In this document: positions 57,401 to 64,000 of the stretch, piece after piece
Position numbering within the stretch: the stretch's first letter is position 1
Layout of the letters: each line of letters starts with the position of its first letter
Source: Candidatus Magasanikiibacteriota bacterium
Lineage (GTDB): Bacteria; Patescibacteriota; Patescibacteriia; Magasanikbacterales; 2-02-FULL-50-9b
Assembly (NCBI GenBank): GCA_943355025.1
Contig: CALRDW010000003.1
Span: 7,680 to 71,679, forward strand
Length of the DNA: 64,000 nucleotides
Direction of reading: 5' to 3'
The notes under the pieces: generated by a model
Seen by the model: the letters and a program-made list of their open reading frames with translations, nothing else
What the model was told of the DNA's origin: nothing
Database searches by the model: none
Translations under genes and position numbers: made by a program

Positions 57401-58264
57401 GTGGTTGAGCAAAAAATGTCGGAATTTGACGTCTCGATCGCGGTGATTCATCGCAATCTTGGTCGGTACCTTGGAAACGCATTGTGGTCTGTCCTGGCCC
57501 AAGAGCTCGGAGACCTTCGTGCAGAAATTCTCATTCTGGACGATGCATCGGATGATGCGTTGTCGCGTGCAGTGTTTGCGGGCCTTAAAGCGGGGTTCAT
57601 TCAGCGCTCAGACATTGTTTTCGTAGACTCGTCTACTCGTTGCGGCGTTGCGTGTACGCGCAATAAAGCTTTGAGTGTGGCGCGCGGAAATGTTCTGATG
57701 TTCGTTGACGCAGACGACTGTATTGGACCGAACTTTGTTCGGCTCATGTACGATCGGATTGCAGCATTTCCACAGGCTGTGTGGGCAGCGCCGCAGGTCT
57801 ATGTGAGAACGTTTGATCGGCTGACGTCTGGGGAACATGCCCACAAGGCTGATGAAATCATCAAGCTCAAAATGGAGCAGGCTATGGAGCTCGGTTCGAT
57901 GAGCGCCTATCGCGTCGAAATGATTCGGCAAATTGGTGGCTGGTCGGGCGGGATCGACATGGTTGGGTTCGATGAGGCGGGCGAGCTTGGCGCGCGACTG
58001 TGGGCTTCCGGAATGAAGCCTGTCGTTGTCAAAATGGATGTTACGGACTCGTATCATTATTTGCAACGAGCACGAAGCGATGGTGAGAATCGCCGAAGTG
58101 TTCGCCGCTTGTCGCTACTTTGGATGCTCAGAAATGTGGGGAACAATGAGTTTTTTCCGCTTGAGCGCTTGAAGCTTGATCTGGAAGTGCCTCCGTTGGA
58201 GCCGTTTCTCGATCTTGCGAAATCGGTTTTGCAAGAACCGCAGCAGGAACATGTGTTTGCGTAA
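57401..58264 (+). CDS. family-2 glycosyltransferase (GC-rich); alternative ATG start at 57416
   Basis: ILILDDASDD...VFVDSS...MFVDADD GT2 DxD-type motifs. Confidence 0.65.
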   Translation: MVEQKMSEFDVSIAVIHRNLGRYLGNALWSVLAQELGDLRAEILILDDASDDALSRAVFAGLKAGFIQRSDIVFVDSSTRCGVACTRNKALSVARGNVLMFVDADDCIGPNFVRLMYDRIAAFPQAVWAAPQVYVRTFDRLTSGEHAHKADEIIKLKMEQAMELGSMSAYRVEMIRQIGGWSGGIDMVGFDEAGELGARLWASGMKPVVVKMDVTDSYHYLQRARSDGENRRSVRRLSLLWMLRNVGNNEFFPLERLKLDLEVPPLEPFLDLAKSVLQEPQQEHVFA

Positions 58265-58283
58265 GTTTTCGCATGTACAGAGA

Positions 58284-58331
58284 GGTTGGCGGTGCTCTGA
58301 AATAATCTCAGCACCGCCAACCAACTTTTTT
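58284..58331 (+). terminator. strong rho-independent terminator
   Basis: GGTTGGCGGTGCTCTGA-AATAATC-TCAGCACCGCCAACC + TTTTTT. Confidence 0.7.
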
Positions 58332-58435
58332 AAAGAGTATCATCGCGCACGACCGAAGGTTCGCCGGAAGTCGTGCGCGAGGGTACTCTTTTATGTTAGG
58401 ATGATCGGAGGATTTGAAATAAATTTGAGGAACGT

Positions 58436-59701
58436 ATGCAACGAACAAACTTGATTGCCGATTTCCACATTCATTCGAAATATTCGCGTGCATGTTCAAA
58501 AAATTTAACGCTTCCAAATATTGCCGCTGCGTGCGAACGAAAGGGAATTGATTTGATTACGACTTCTGATTTCACGCACCCTGCATGGATGAAACATATT
58601 GATGAGGAACTTGAAGAAGTTGCAGATGGAATTTATCAACTGACTGGTGCGCGATCAAAAACAAAATTTATTTTGACAACAGAGTTGTCGAGTATTTATT
58701 CACAAGGCGGGAAGGTTCGTCGTATTCATGTATTAATTTTTTCACCGTCGATCGCGGTTGCAAAAAAATTTACAGAAGAACTCGAAGCACGTGGATGCAA
58801 TGTAAAATCTGATGGCCGTCCAATTTTAGGTTTGTCCGCTGTAGAGATTTTAAAAATAATGCTCGCAATTTCTCCCGATATGATGATGGTACCCGCGCAT
58901 GCATGGACACCGTGGTTTTCAGTCTTTGGTTCAAAGTCTGGGTTTGATTCGCTTGAGGAATGTTTTGGTGATTTAGCGTTGCATATTCGTGCAATCGAAA
59001 CAGGTCTTTCATCAGACCCAACTATGAATTGGATGGTCGACGCGCTCGATGACATAACATTGATTTCAAATTCCGATGCGCACAGTTTAGAAAAACTTGG
59101 ACGTGAGGCAACGGTATTTGCAATTGATCCAGAAAAAAAATTTTCGTATCTTGAAATTATTCATGCAATTCAAAATAAATCGAGTGGTGTTATAAAAGAG
59201 ACAATCGAATTTTTTCCGGAAGAAGGAAAATATCATATCGATGGGCACGCTGCATGCAATTTTTTTTGTTTGCCGACACAGACGAAAAAATTAGATGGGA
59301 TTTGTCCCGTGTGCAAAAAGAAATTAACTATCGGTGTGCTCTATCGAGTCGAAGAATTGTCTAACATAAAAAAAGTTATCCACACATCGAACAAAATACA
59401 CATACCATTTCGTCACATCATTCCACTGGCCGAACTCATTGCGTTTACTCTTGGAGTGGGTACCGGGAGTGTGCGTGTAGGGAGAATATACGACAAAATT
59501 ATTGCTCATCTCGGGAATGAATTTAATGTGCTGCTCGAGGTACCGATTGCGGATATTTCTGCGAATTCAAGCGAAGAAATTGGTAATGCTGTTGCCGCAA
59601 TGCGTGCGGGAACTGTAGAACTTACACCAGGATATGACGGAGTTTTTGGAAAAATTTCTGTTGTGAAAAAAAATAATTTTACTCAAAAAAATTTATTGTA
59701 A
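58436..59701 (+). CDS. endonuclease Q-like protein (PHP-domain nuclease with C-terminal Cys4 zinc finger; TIGR00375-like), tentative
   Basis: N-terminal ADFHIHSKYSRA PHP-like metal motif; CNFFCLPTQTKKLDGICPVCKKKL Cys cluster; GAGGAA SD. Confidence 0.45.
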   Translation: MQRTNLIADFHIHSKYSRACSKNLTLPNIAAACERKGIDLITTSDFTHPAWMKHIDEELEEVADGIYQLTGARSKTKFILTTELSSIYSQGGKVRRIHVLIFSPSIAVAKKFTEELEARGCNVKSDGRPILGLSAVEILKIMLAISPDMMMVPAHAWTPWFSVFGSKSGFDSLEECFGDLALHIRAIETGLSSDPTMNWMVDALDDITLISNSDAHSLEKLGREATVFAIDPEKKFSYLEIIHAIQNKSSGVIKETIEFFPEEGKYHIDGHAACNFFCLPTQTKKLDGICPVCKKKLTIGVLYRVEELSNIKKVIHTSNKIHIPFRHIIPLAELIAFTLGVGTGSVRVGRIYDKIIAHLGNEFNVLLEVPIADISANSSEEIGNAVAAMRAGTVELTPGYDGVFGKISVVKKNNFTQKNLL

Positions 59702-59893
59702 AATTATTTTTTTGATATTTTTTTAAAAAAATAATATCTTGCGTGACACTTGACAAACATTTTTCATATTTGAAAATCTTGTTATACTAATAACAGTTAG
59801 GTCGATAAAGGAACACAATCTCTTCCATGTTTGGAGGTTGTGCATCCAGACAAAAACTTTAAAAATATTCTCCTCGCAAGAGGAAAAAATTCT

Positions 59894-59959
59894 ATGGCAG
59901 CAAAAAAGAAGACCGCAAAGAAGAAAGTGGCTAAGAAGCCAGCAAAGCGAAAGAAATAA
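59894..59959 (+). CDS. 21-aa lysine-rich peptide MAAKKKTAKKKVAKKPAKRKK
   Basis: AGAGGA SD 8 nt upstream; upstream TGTTATACT -10-like motif (59790-59798); weak hairpin + T-tract downstream. Confidence 0.3.
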   Translation: MAAKKKTAKKKVAKKPAKRKK

Positions 59960-60048
59960 TTTTCTTTCCTTCCGTTCTTTCGAAAAATCCTCGGGCAACT
60001 GAGGGTTTTTCATTTTTATAAGTGGTATACTACGGGAAAGAATATTTT

Positions 60049-60504
60049 ATGCGCATGAATAATTTATATGTAACTATTGTTGGTGCATGTATGGGGCTGG
60101 TGTTGCTTGGGATTGGGTGTGGCGCAAAAAAAAATGTGATGCAGGCGTATCCTGCAATTCAGATTGAATCCGGAGCGCACATATTCGCACAAATGCCGAC
60201 TGATTGGGGGGCCGCAAAGTTCAATGCGCTGTATCGGGATCCACAGAGCCCGTCCGGGTTTGGTTATTTACAGGGCGCTGTTAATGTTGGTATAGGACCC
60301 AAAAATGATAAGGGAGAAATTGTGGTAAAGGGGCATGTGATTTTGGTACCGCGTGCCGAGGCAAAACTTTTTGAGGTAAGTAAATACCCAGCGAATGCAG
60401 AGAGAAAATTTGAGGCAGGTCCTTTTATTGGTTTTGTTTCAGTTACTTTACCAAACGATATTGAGACAGAACATGTGCTTGCAAGTGTTGAGGTGCGCGA
60501 ATAA
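60049..60504 (+). CDS. putative lipoprotein
   Basis: signal peptide with lipobox-like LLGIGC; GTGGTATACT -10 motif at 60022-60031 precedes the ATG at 60049. Confidence 0.55.
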   Translation: MRMNNLYVTIVGACMGLVLLGIGCGAKKNVMQAYPAIQIESGAHIFAQMPTDWGAAKFNALYRDPQSPSGFGYLQGAVNVGIGPKNDKGEIVVKGHVILVPRAEAKLFEVSKYPANAERKFEAGPFIGFVSVTLPNDIETEHVLASVEVRE

Positions 60505-60507
60505 ATA

Positions 60508-60540
60508 AAAATCCTCACCAACTAGGGTGAGGATTTTTAT
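60508..60540 (+). terminator. bidirectional terminator (lipoprotein gene / tRNA-Lys)
   Basis: ATCCTCACC-AACTAG-GGTGAGGAT + TTTTT. Confidence 0.65.
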
Positions 60541-60541
60541 A

Positions 60542-60614
60542 TGGGCCGGCCGGGATTCGAACCCGGGACCGTACGCTTAAGAGGCGTCTGCTCTACCAGC
60601 TGAGCTACCAGCCC
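60542..60614 (-). tRNA. tRNA-Lys (anticodon CTT)
   Basis: GGGCTGG acceptor, anticodon loop CTCTTAA, T arm CCGGG-TTCGAAT-CCCGG. Confidence 0.8.
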
Positions 60615-60780
60615 GAGTGAAGAACAAACTGAGCGCTTGCGCTCGAGTTTGGTTCCGAGCGAGGGCTGGTAGCCACGAGCAACCCAAGGTTGCGAAGTAT
60701 CTACAGCCCGAACACAGAATACTAGCAATTTCTAGCCAATTCTACTTAAATTCTATACCTTTGTCAACTAAAATAAAAAC

Positions 60781-61068
60781 CTACTTCAAAATAACATACG
60801 TAACCGCTGCAAGCTCATGAATGCGATCGGAATCATGCTGTGCTGCGACATTCGTGTGAGTTTGCAATAGTTTTTGAATCGCTACCCGAAGCGCACCCAT
60901 GCCCGATCCGTGAATGATTTTAACGGCAGCGTGTTTGCCAATTAGTTGGCGGTCTAAAAATTTGTCGACTTCTTCGATGGCTTCGCTAACTCGAAGGCCA
61001 TGCACATCCAAGGAAGGAGTGTGGGGGTTGAGTTCAGCTGACCAAAATTCAAATTCATGTTGAGTCAT
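60781..61068 (-). CDS. Smr-domain protein
   Basis: LDVHGLRVSEAIEEV...KIIHGSGMGALRVAIQKLL Smr signature. Confidence 0.75.
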   Translation of the reverse strand: MTQHEFEFWSAELNPHTPSLDVHGLRVSEAIEEVDKFLDRQLIGKHAAVKIIHGSGMGALRVAIQKLLQTHTNVAAQHDSDRIHELAAVTYVILK

Positions 61069-61083
61069 AGGCCATTAAAACAA

Positions 61084-61110
61084 AATTTCTCCCTATTAGG
61101 GAGAAATTTT
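61084..61110 (-). terminator. hairpin terminator after tRNA-Arg (minus strand)
   Basis: AAATTTCTCCC-TATTA-GGGAGAAATTT with flanking T/A tracts. Confidence 0.55.
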
Positions 61111-61114
61111 CATA

Positions 61115-61186
61115 TGCCCTCGGAGGGAATCGAACCCCCATATACAGCTTCGAAGGCTGTCGTTCTATCCGTTTAACTACGAGGGC
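61115..61186 (-). tRNA. tRNA-Arg (anticodon TCG)
   Basis: GCCCTCG acceptor, anticodon stem ACAGC/GCTGT loop CTTCGAA, T arm GGGGG-TTCGATT-CCCTC. Confidence 0.8.
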
Positions 61187-61911
61187 AGAATGATAATTTC
61201 TGATTCACGTTTGTCCCAGCCTTTTGCAATCAGTGCGGCGCGCGCCGCCTCTTCCTGGGCTTCTTGCTTGCTGGTGCCTTCACCGCTCGCAATCATTTCC
61301 GCGCCCAAAAACAAACCGATGACGAACTTTTTATTGTGGTCAGGACCACTTTCCTCAAGAACTTTGTAGTTTGGCGTAATGCCGACAACGTCTTGTGCCG
61401 CCTCCTGAAAGCGACTCTTTGGATCTACAAATAATCGATTTTCAACGATGTGTCGTAGACGAGTTATAACAAAACGATGAATAAACGCTTCGGCTGCTGC
61501 AAATCCAGCGTCCAGATATATGGCGCCGATGATTGCCTCGATCGCGTTCGCCAGAATATACATGCGAGCCTTGCTGCCCGCGTCCTTTTGTTCGCCTTTA
61601 CTCAGAAACAAGAACGGCTCGAAAGCGATTTCATTTGAAATCTCAGCGAGAATTTTTGCGTTTACCAGGGCGGCACGCAAATTCGTGAGTTTGCCCTCGT
61701 CAATATCAAAACTTTTGTATAAAAATTCTGTGACTGAGAGCTCTAAAACTGCATCGCCCAAAAATTCGAGTCGCTCATTGTGACCGACTTCAAAATCAGG
61801 GTGTTCGTTGAGATATGAACGGTGGACAACGGATTGCAGAAGCAAATCACGGTTTTTGAAAACATGTCCCAGGCGTTCTTCAAGTTGCGGCAGCGCTTTT
61901 ATATCGTTCAT
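61177..61911 (-). CDS. rnc: ribonuclease III
   Basis: RNase III signature ERLEFLGDAVLEL; C-terminal dsRBD. Confidence 0.9.
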   Translation of the reverse strand: MNDIKALPQLEERLGHVFKNRDLLLQSVVHRSYLNEHPDFEVGHNERLEFLGDAVLELSVTEFLYKSFDIDEGKLTNLRAALVNAKILAEISNEIAFEPFLFLSKGEQKDAGSKARMYILANAIEAIIGAIYLDAGFAAAEAFIHRFVITRLRHIVENRLFVDPKSRFQEAAQDVVGITPNYKVLEESGPDHNKKFVIGLFLGAEMIASGEGTSKQEAQEEAARAALIAKGWDKRESEIIILPS

Positions 61912-62366
61912 GCAGTTACTGGTTGTCGATCTATCGGTTTGAGGCTACCCGTTGCAACCATATCTTTATACATTGCACCAAGCACTCCATTGACGAAACG
62001 GCCGGAGGATTGGCCGCCAAAGGTTTTTGCGAGCTCAATCGCCTCATTTATGGCAACTTTTGCAGGGATTGTCTCTGCGTATTGTAACTCAAATGTGCCG
62101 AGACGCAAAACATTGCGATCAACATTTGTTATTTGGTCGAGTGGCCACTGTGGCGCGTATTTCTGAATCAGCGTATCGATCTCGTGCTGGTGTTTGAGAA
62201 CACCATCCACGAGTTCATGCGCAAACTCAGCATCTTTCATGCCAGGAGCAAATTCAGCGACGTTTTGGTCGATGATTGCTGGCATAATGGCGCTTGGACC
62301 ACCCATGAAGTCCCACTGAAAGAGGGACTGCATTGCTACGGAACGCAATAAATGACGATTTGACAT
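61908..62366 (-). CDS. nusB: transcription antitermination factor NusB
   Basis: NusB-like helical protein (LRSVAMQSLFQWDF...AINEAIELAKTFGG); 4-nt overlap with rnc. Confidence 0.8.
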   Translation of the reverse strand: MSNRHLLRSVAMQSLFQWDFMGGPSAIMPAIIDQNVAEFAPGMKDAEFAHELVDGVLKHQHEIDTLIQKYAPQWPLDQITNVDRNVLRLGTFELQYAETIPAKVAINEAIELAKTFGGQSSGRFVNGVLGAMYKDMVATGSLKPIDRQPVTA

Positions 62367-62393
62367 AGGAAAAAGAACAGTTTAGTTGGACTG

Positions 62394-62570
62394 TTATTTA
62401 ACAGCAACAACTTTTCGGCCGCGGTATGTACCGCAAAACGCACATGCGTGATGAGGAACTACCGGTTTTTTGCATTGAGGGCATGCTGCAAGAACCGCTG
62501 TTTTGAGCGCAAAATGCGCGCTACGGCGGCGTTTGTGTGATGATGTTCGTCGATGTCCAGGAAGACCCAT
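62394..62570 (-). CDS. rpmF: 50S ribosomal protein L32 (bL32)
   Basis: 58 aa MGLPGHRRTSSHKRRRSAHFALK...CPQCKKPVVPHHACAFCGTYRGRKV zinc-ribbon; below the ORF-track size cut-off. Confidence 0.8.
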   Translation of the reverse strand: MGLPGHRRTSSHKRRRSAHFALKTAVLAACPQCKKPVVPHHACAFCGTYRGRKVVAVK

Positions 62571-62756
62571 AGTAAATTCGTGACTATACAGGGATTATAA
62601 CAGTGTTTTTGAGGGCTGGCAAGGGGAGTCGGCCGCTCATAGTTTTAGTGTTATATCAGAAGTCGGAGGCGTTGGCAAGAGGTGTGTACTATTCATTTTT
62701 TGGTTTCAACAGGGCTCGGAAGTTTATAAGTAATACAATACGGTGATTCAACATGC

Positions 62757-62836
62757 ACTCAAAAGTAAAAACTATTACTTCTCAGGGGGAGATGAACGAG
62801 GGGCCCCCGTCGAAGTAATAGTTTTTACTTTTGAGT
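62757..62836 (+). repeat. structured module copy C: 25-bp perfect IR arms (62757-62781 / 62812-62836) around core TCAGGGGGAGATGAACGAGGGGCCCCCGTC
   Basis: left arm ACTCAAAAGTAAAAACTATTACTTC equals the reverse complement of the right arm; upstream box CGGTGATTCAACATGCACTCAAAAG. Confidence 0.8.
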
Positions 62837-62866
62837 ATAGGTTCACTCAGGTGTTATACTGCTTCC

Positions 62867-62938
62867 ATGCTTCCTAATCCTTTTCAAAAAACTCTTATAA
62901 GGGAGCTTGTTCATGTCTCAAACACGACTTGGAACTGA
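62867..62938 (+). pseudogene. N-terminal fragment (23 codons) of the MLPNPF paralog family, copy C
   Basis: MLPNPFQKTLIRELVHVSNTTWN*; ATG 6 nt after TATACT (62855-62860); contains AAGGGAG SD for the next ORF. Confidence 0.55.
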
Positions 62939-63107
62939 CAAAGAACACTCGAAATCTTTACGCATTGAGATTATGGCAAAGCGCGGCATGATTAAAGAAA
63001 TGTCACCGCGAGACAAAGTCGGCCGCCGCGCATTGGAAGATAACATCGAAGAACTTGAACGTGAATTGGCAGAACTGTGTCCAGATCCCGCTCCACTATC
63101 AGACTGA
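62913..63107 (+). CDS. small hypothetical protein (64 aa, helical, charged)
   Basis: ATG 62913 preceded by AAGGGAG 7 nt upstream; lies downstream of module copy C. Confidence 0.45.
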   Translation: MSQTRLGTDKEHSKSLRIEIMAKRGMIKEMSPRDKVGRRALEDNIEELERELAELCPDPAPLSD

Positions 63108-63132
63108 TACGGTTTGGTCGCGGGGTATTTTT

Positions 63133-63792
63133 TTACTGAATGTTTTTATCTGCGTCAATGGTCGGCGAGGTGCCACGCTCGGTTTCAGACGAGTAGTCCG
63201 CCGCTGAAGAGATTTGTGTCCCAATGGCGTAATTCGTAAAGTAGTAATCTTGAAGTGTATCGACGAGGCTGTGCCAATTTTTCCCGAATAATTTTTCTGC
63301 GTTGCCATCATTGATTGCACGAAGAACACAGTTGTGCGCGACAGCAAAGATGTGTGGGTCACTTGCGATGCGGATGAGGCGCGTACCTGGGCGATAACAT
63401 ACGTTGCCGCCAAGCGGATAGGATTCGAGTTCGGTTTCGGTTAATGAAACAATTTTTGTTCCGCTTGGAAACCATGTATCGAAGGTTTTTGTTTCATCAG
63501 GAAATACATAGCGCTTGCCGTTGCGCGACAAATAAAATTTAGTCGCAACTTTTGGTCCTACAATAACACTACCAGCGAGTTTTGGTACTTCAGCGCGCAG
63601 AACAGGGCTAACGTCTGGGCCCGTGCTCGAAACAACGTCTGTATTATTTTGCGCTGCTGGCTGCGCTACTCCTGCAGTCGTTGACGGATTTGATGATGCA
63701 CGGTTAAAAATTCGGTACCACAAGTTTGATGAGAGTATGATTACCACAACCAAGGCTAAACCAATCACAATCGTCTTGTTTTTCTGTTCCAT
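63133..63792 (-). CDS. hypothetical membrane-anchored/secreted protein
   Basis: N-terminal TM helix (IVIGLALVVVIILSS); no domain recognised. Confidence 0.45.
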   Translation of the reverse strand: MEQKNKTIVIGLALVVVIILSSNLWYRIFNRASSNPSTTAGVAQPAAQNNTDVVSSTGPDVSPVLRAEVPKLAGSVIVGPKVATKFYLSRNGKRYVFPDETKTFDTWFPSGTKIVSLTETELESYPLGGNVCYRPGTRLIRIASDPHIFAVAHNCVLRAINDGNAEKLFGKNWHSLVDTLQDYYFTNYAIGTQISSAADYSSETERGTSPTIDADKNIQ

Positions 63793-63835
63793 ATACGTTT
63801 ATTCTTAGAGTTTTATTATACTCAACATAACACAT

Positions 63836-64000
63836 TTAGAGTCTGGATAGCAACGCGTCAATTTCTTCGGTCCGCTTAGATTTTGGACGGTGCATAAGTA
63901 TCATCGCTCGATCGTACTTTGCTCGGTATGCGTGGATTAGCTCGTCGAGCTCAACATTTTCCGTTGAAAATTGTGTTTGCTCATTGAGCAAGAAGGCTCG
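63836..64000 (-). CDS. hypothetical protein, C-terminal fragment (gene continues beyond the window)
   Basis: open frame to the window edge ending ...EEIDALLSRL*. Confidence 0.3.
   Translation of the reverse strand, partial: RAFLLNEQTQFSTENVELDELIHAYRAKYDRAMILMHRPKSKRTEEIDALLSRL

Noticed and set aside
60022-60048. GTG start of the lipoprotein ORF at 60022
   Set aside because: The GTG is part of the GTGGTATACT -10 motif. The ATG at 60049, with GGGAAAG upstream, is the realistic start.
60617-60655. Imperfect inverted repeat GAACAAACTGAGCGC...GCGCTCGAGTTTGGTTC upstream (minus strand) of tRNA-Lys
   Set aside because: Pairing is imperfect and the sequence is unique in the window. It may be a processing hairpin or a relic, and there is not enough evidence for a feature call.
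60537-60728. 63-aa minus-strand ORF
   Set aside because: Overlaps tRNA-Lys(CTT) on the same strand, so it is an artefact.

Overview
This 64 kb window reads like a small, gene-dense bacterial chromosome segment with features typical of Patescibacteria/CPR genomes: housekeeping genes (pyrF fragment, ruvB, murD, rnc, nusB, rpmF, rlmH, a pseudouridine synthase), 13 tRNA genes, a 23S-5S rRNA unit with no adjacent 16S, two group I introns in the 23S (one encoding a LAGLIDADG homing endonuclease), and a lamin-tail-domain surface protein. The CPR assignment is an inference from these features. It also holds a class II (B12-dependent) ribonucleotide reductase beside a PduO-type cobalamin adenosyltransferase, a cell-envelope glycan cluster, an ABC-2 transporter, two toxin-antitoxin-like loci, and several visibly GC-rich hypothetical genes.

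The most unusual signal is a composite DNA module present in four copies (A about 9987-10110, B about 18021-18237, C about 62741-62869, D about 27848-27983 on the minus strand). Each copy has a conserved about 25-nt upstream box, then a long hairpin whose outer arms are a perfect 25-26-bp inverted repeat with a different sequence in every copy, enclosing a conserved inner hairpin (TCAGGGRGAGAT...CCCGTC) that shows compensatory changes. An extended -10 (TGnTATACT) follows, placed 6 nt before an ATG, which implies a leaderless mRNA. That mRNA encodes a conserved N-terminus (MLPNPF(E/Q)K.LPEFKDTDPLKN) of a paralogous protein family of unknown function. Two family members are full length (A and B). 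A third member (E, 37341-38369) has a different N-terminus and no module. Copies C and D retain only the first 11-18 conserved codons of the family. C then runs into an unrelated small gene, and D lies about 100 bp upstream of a PAP2-like membrane protein gene. I could not assign this module or protein family to any known system.

No CRISPR array or transposase was seen.
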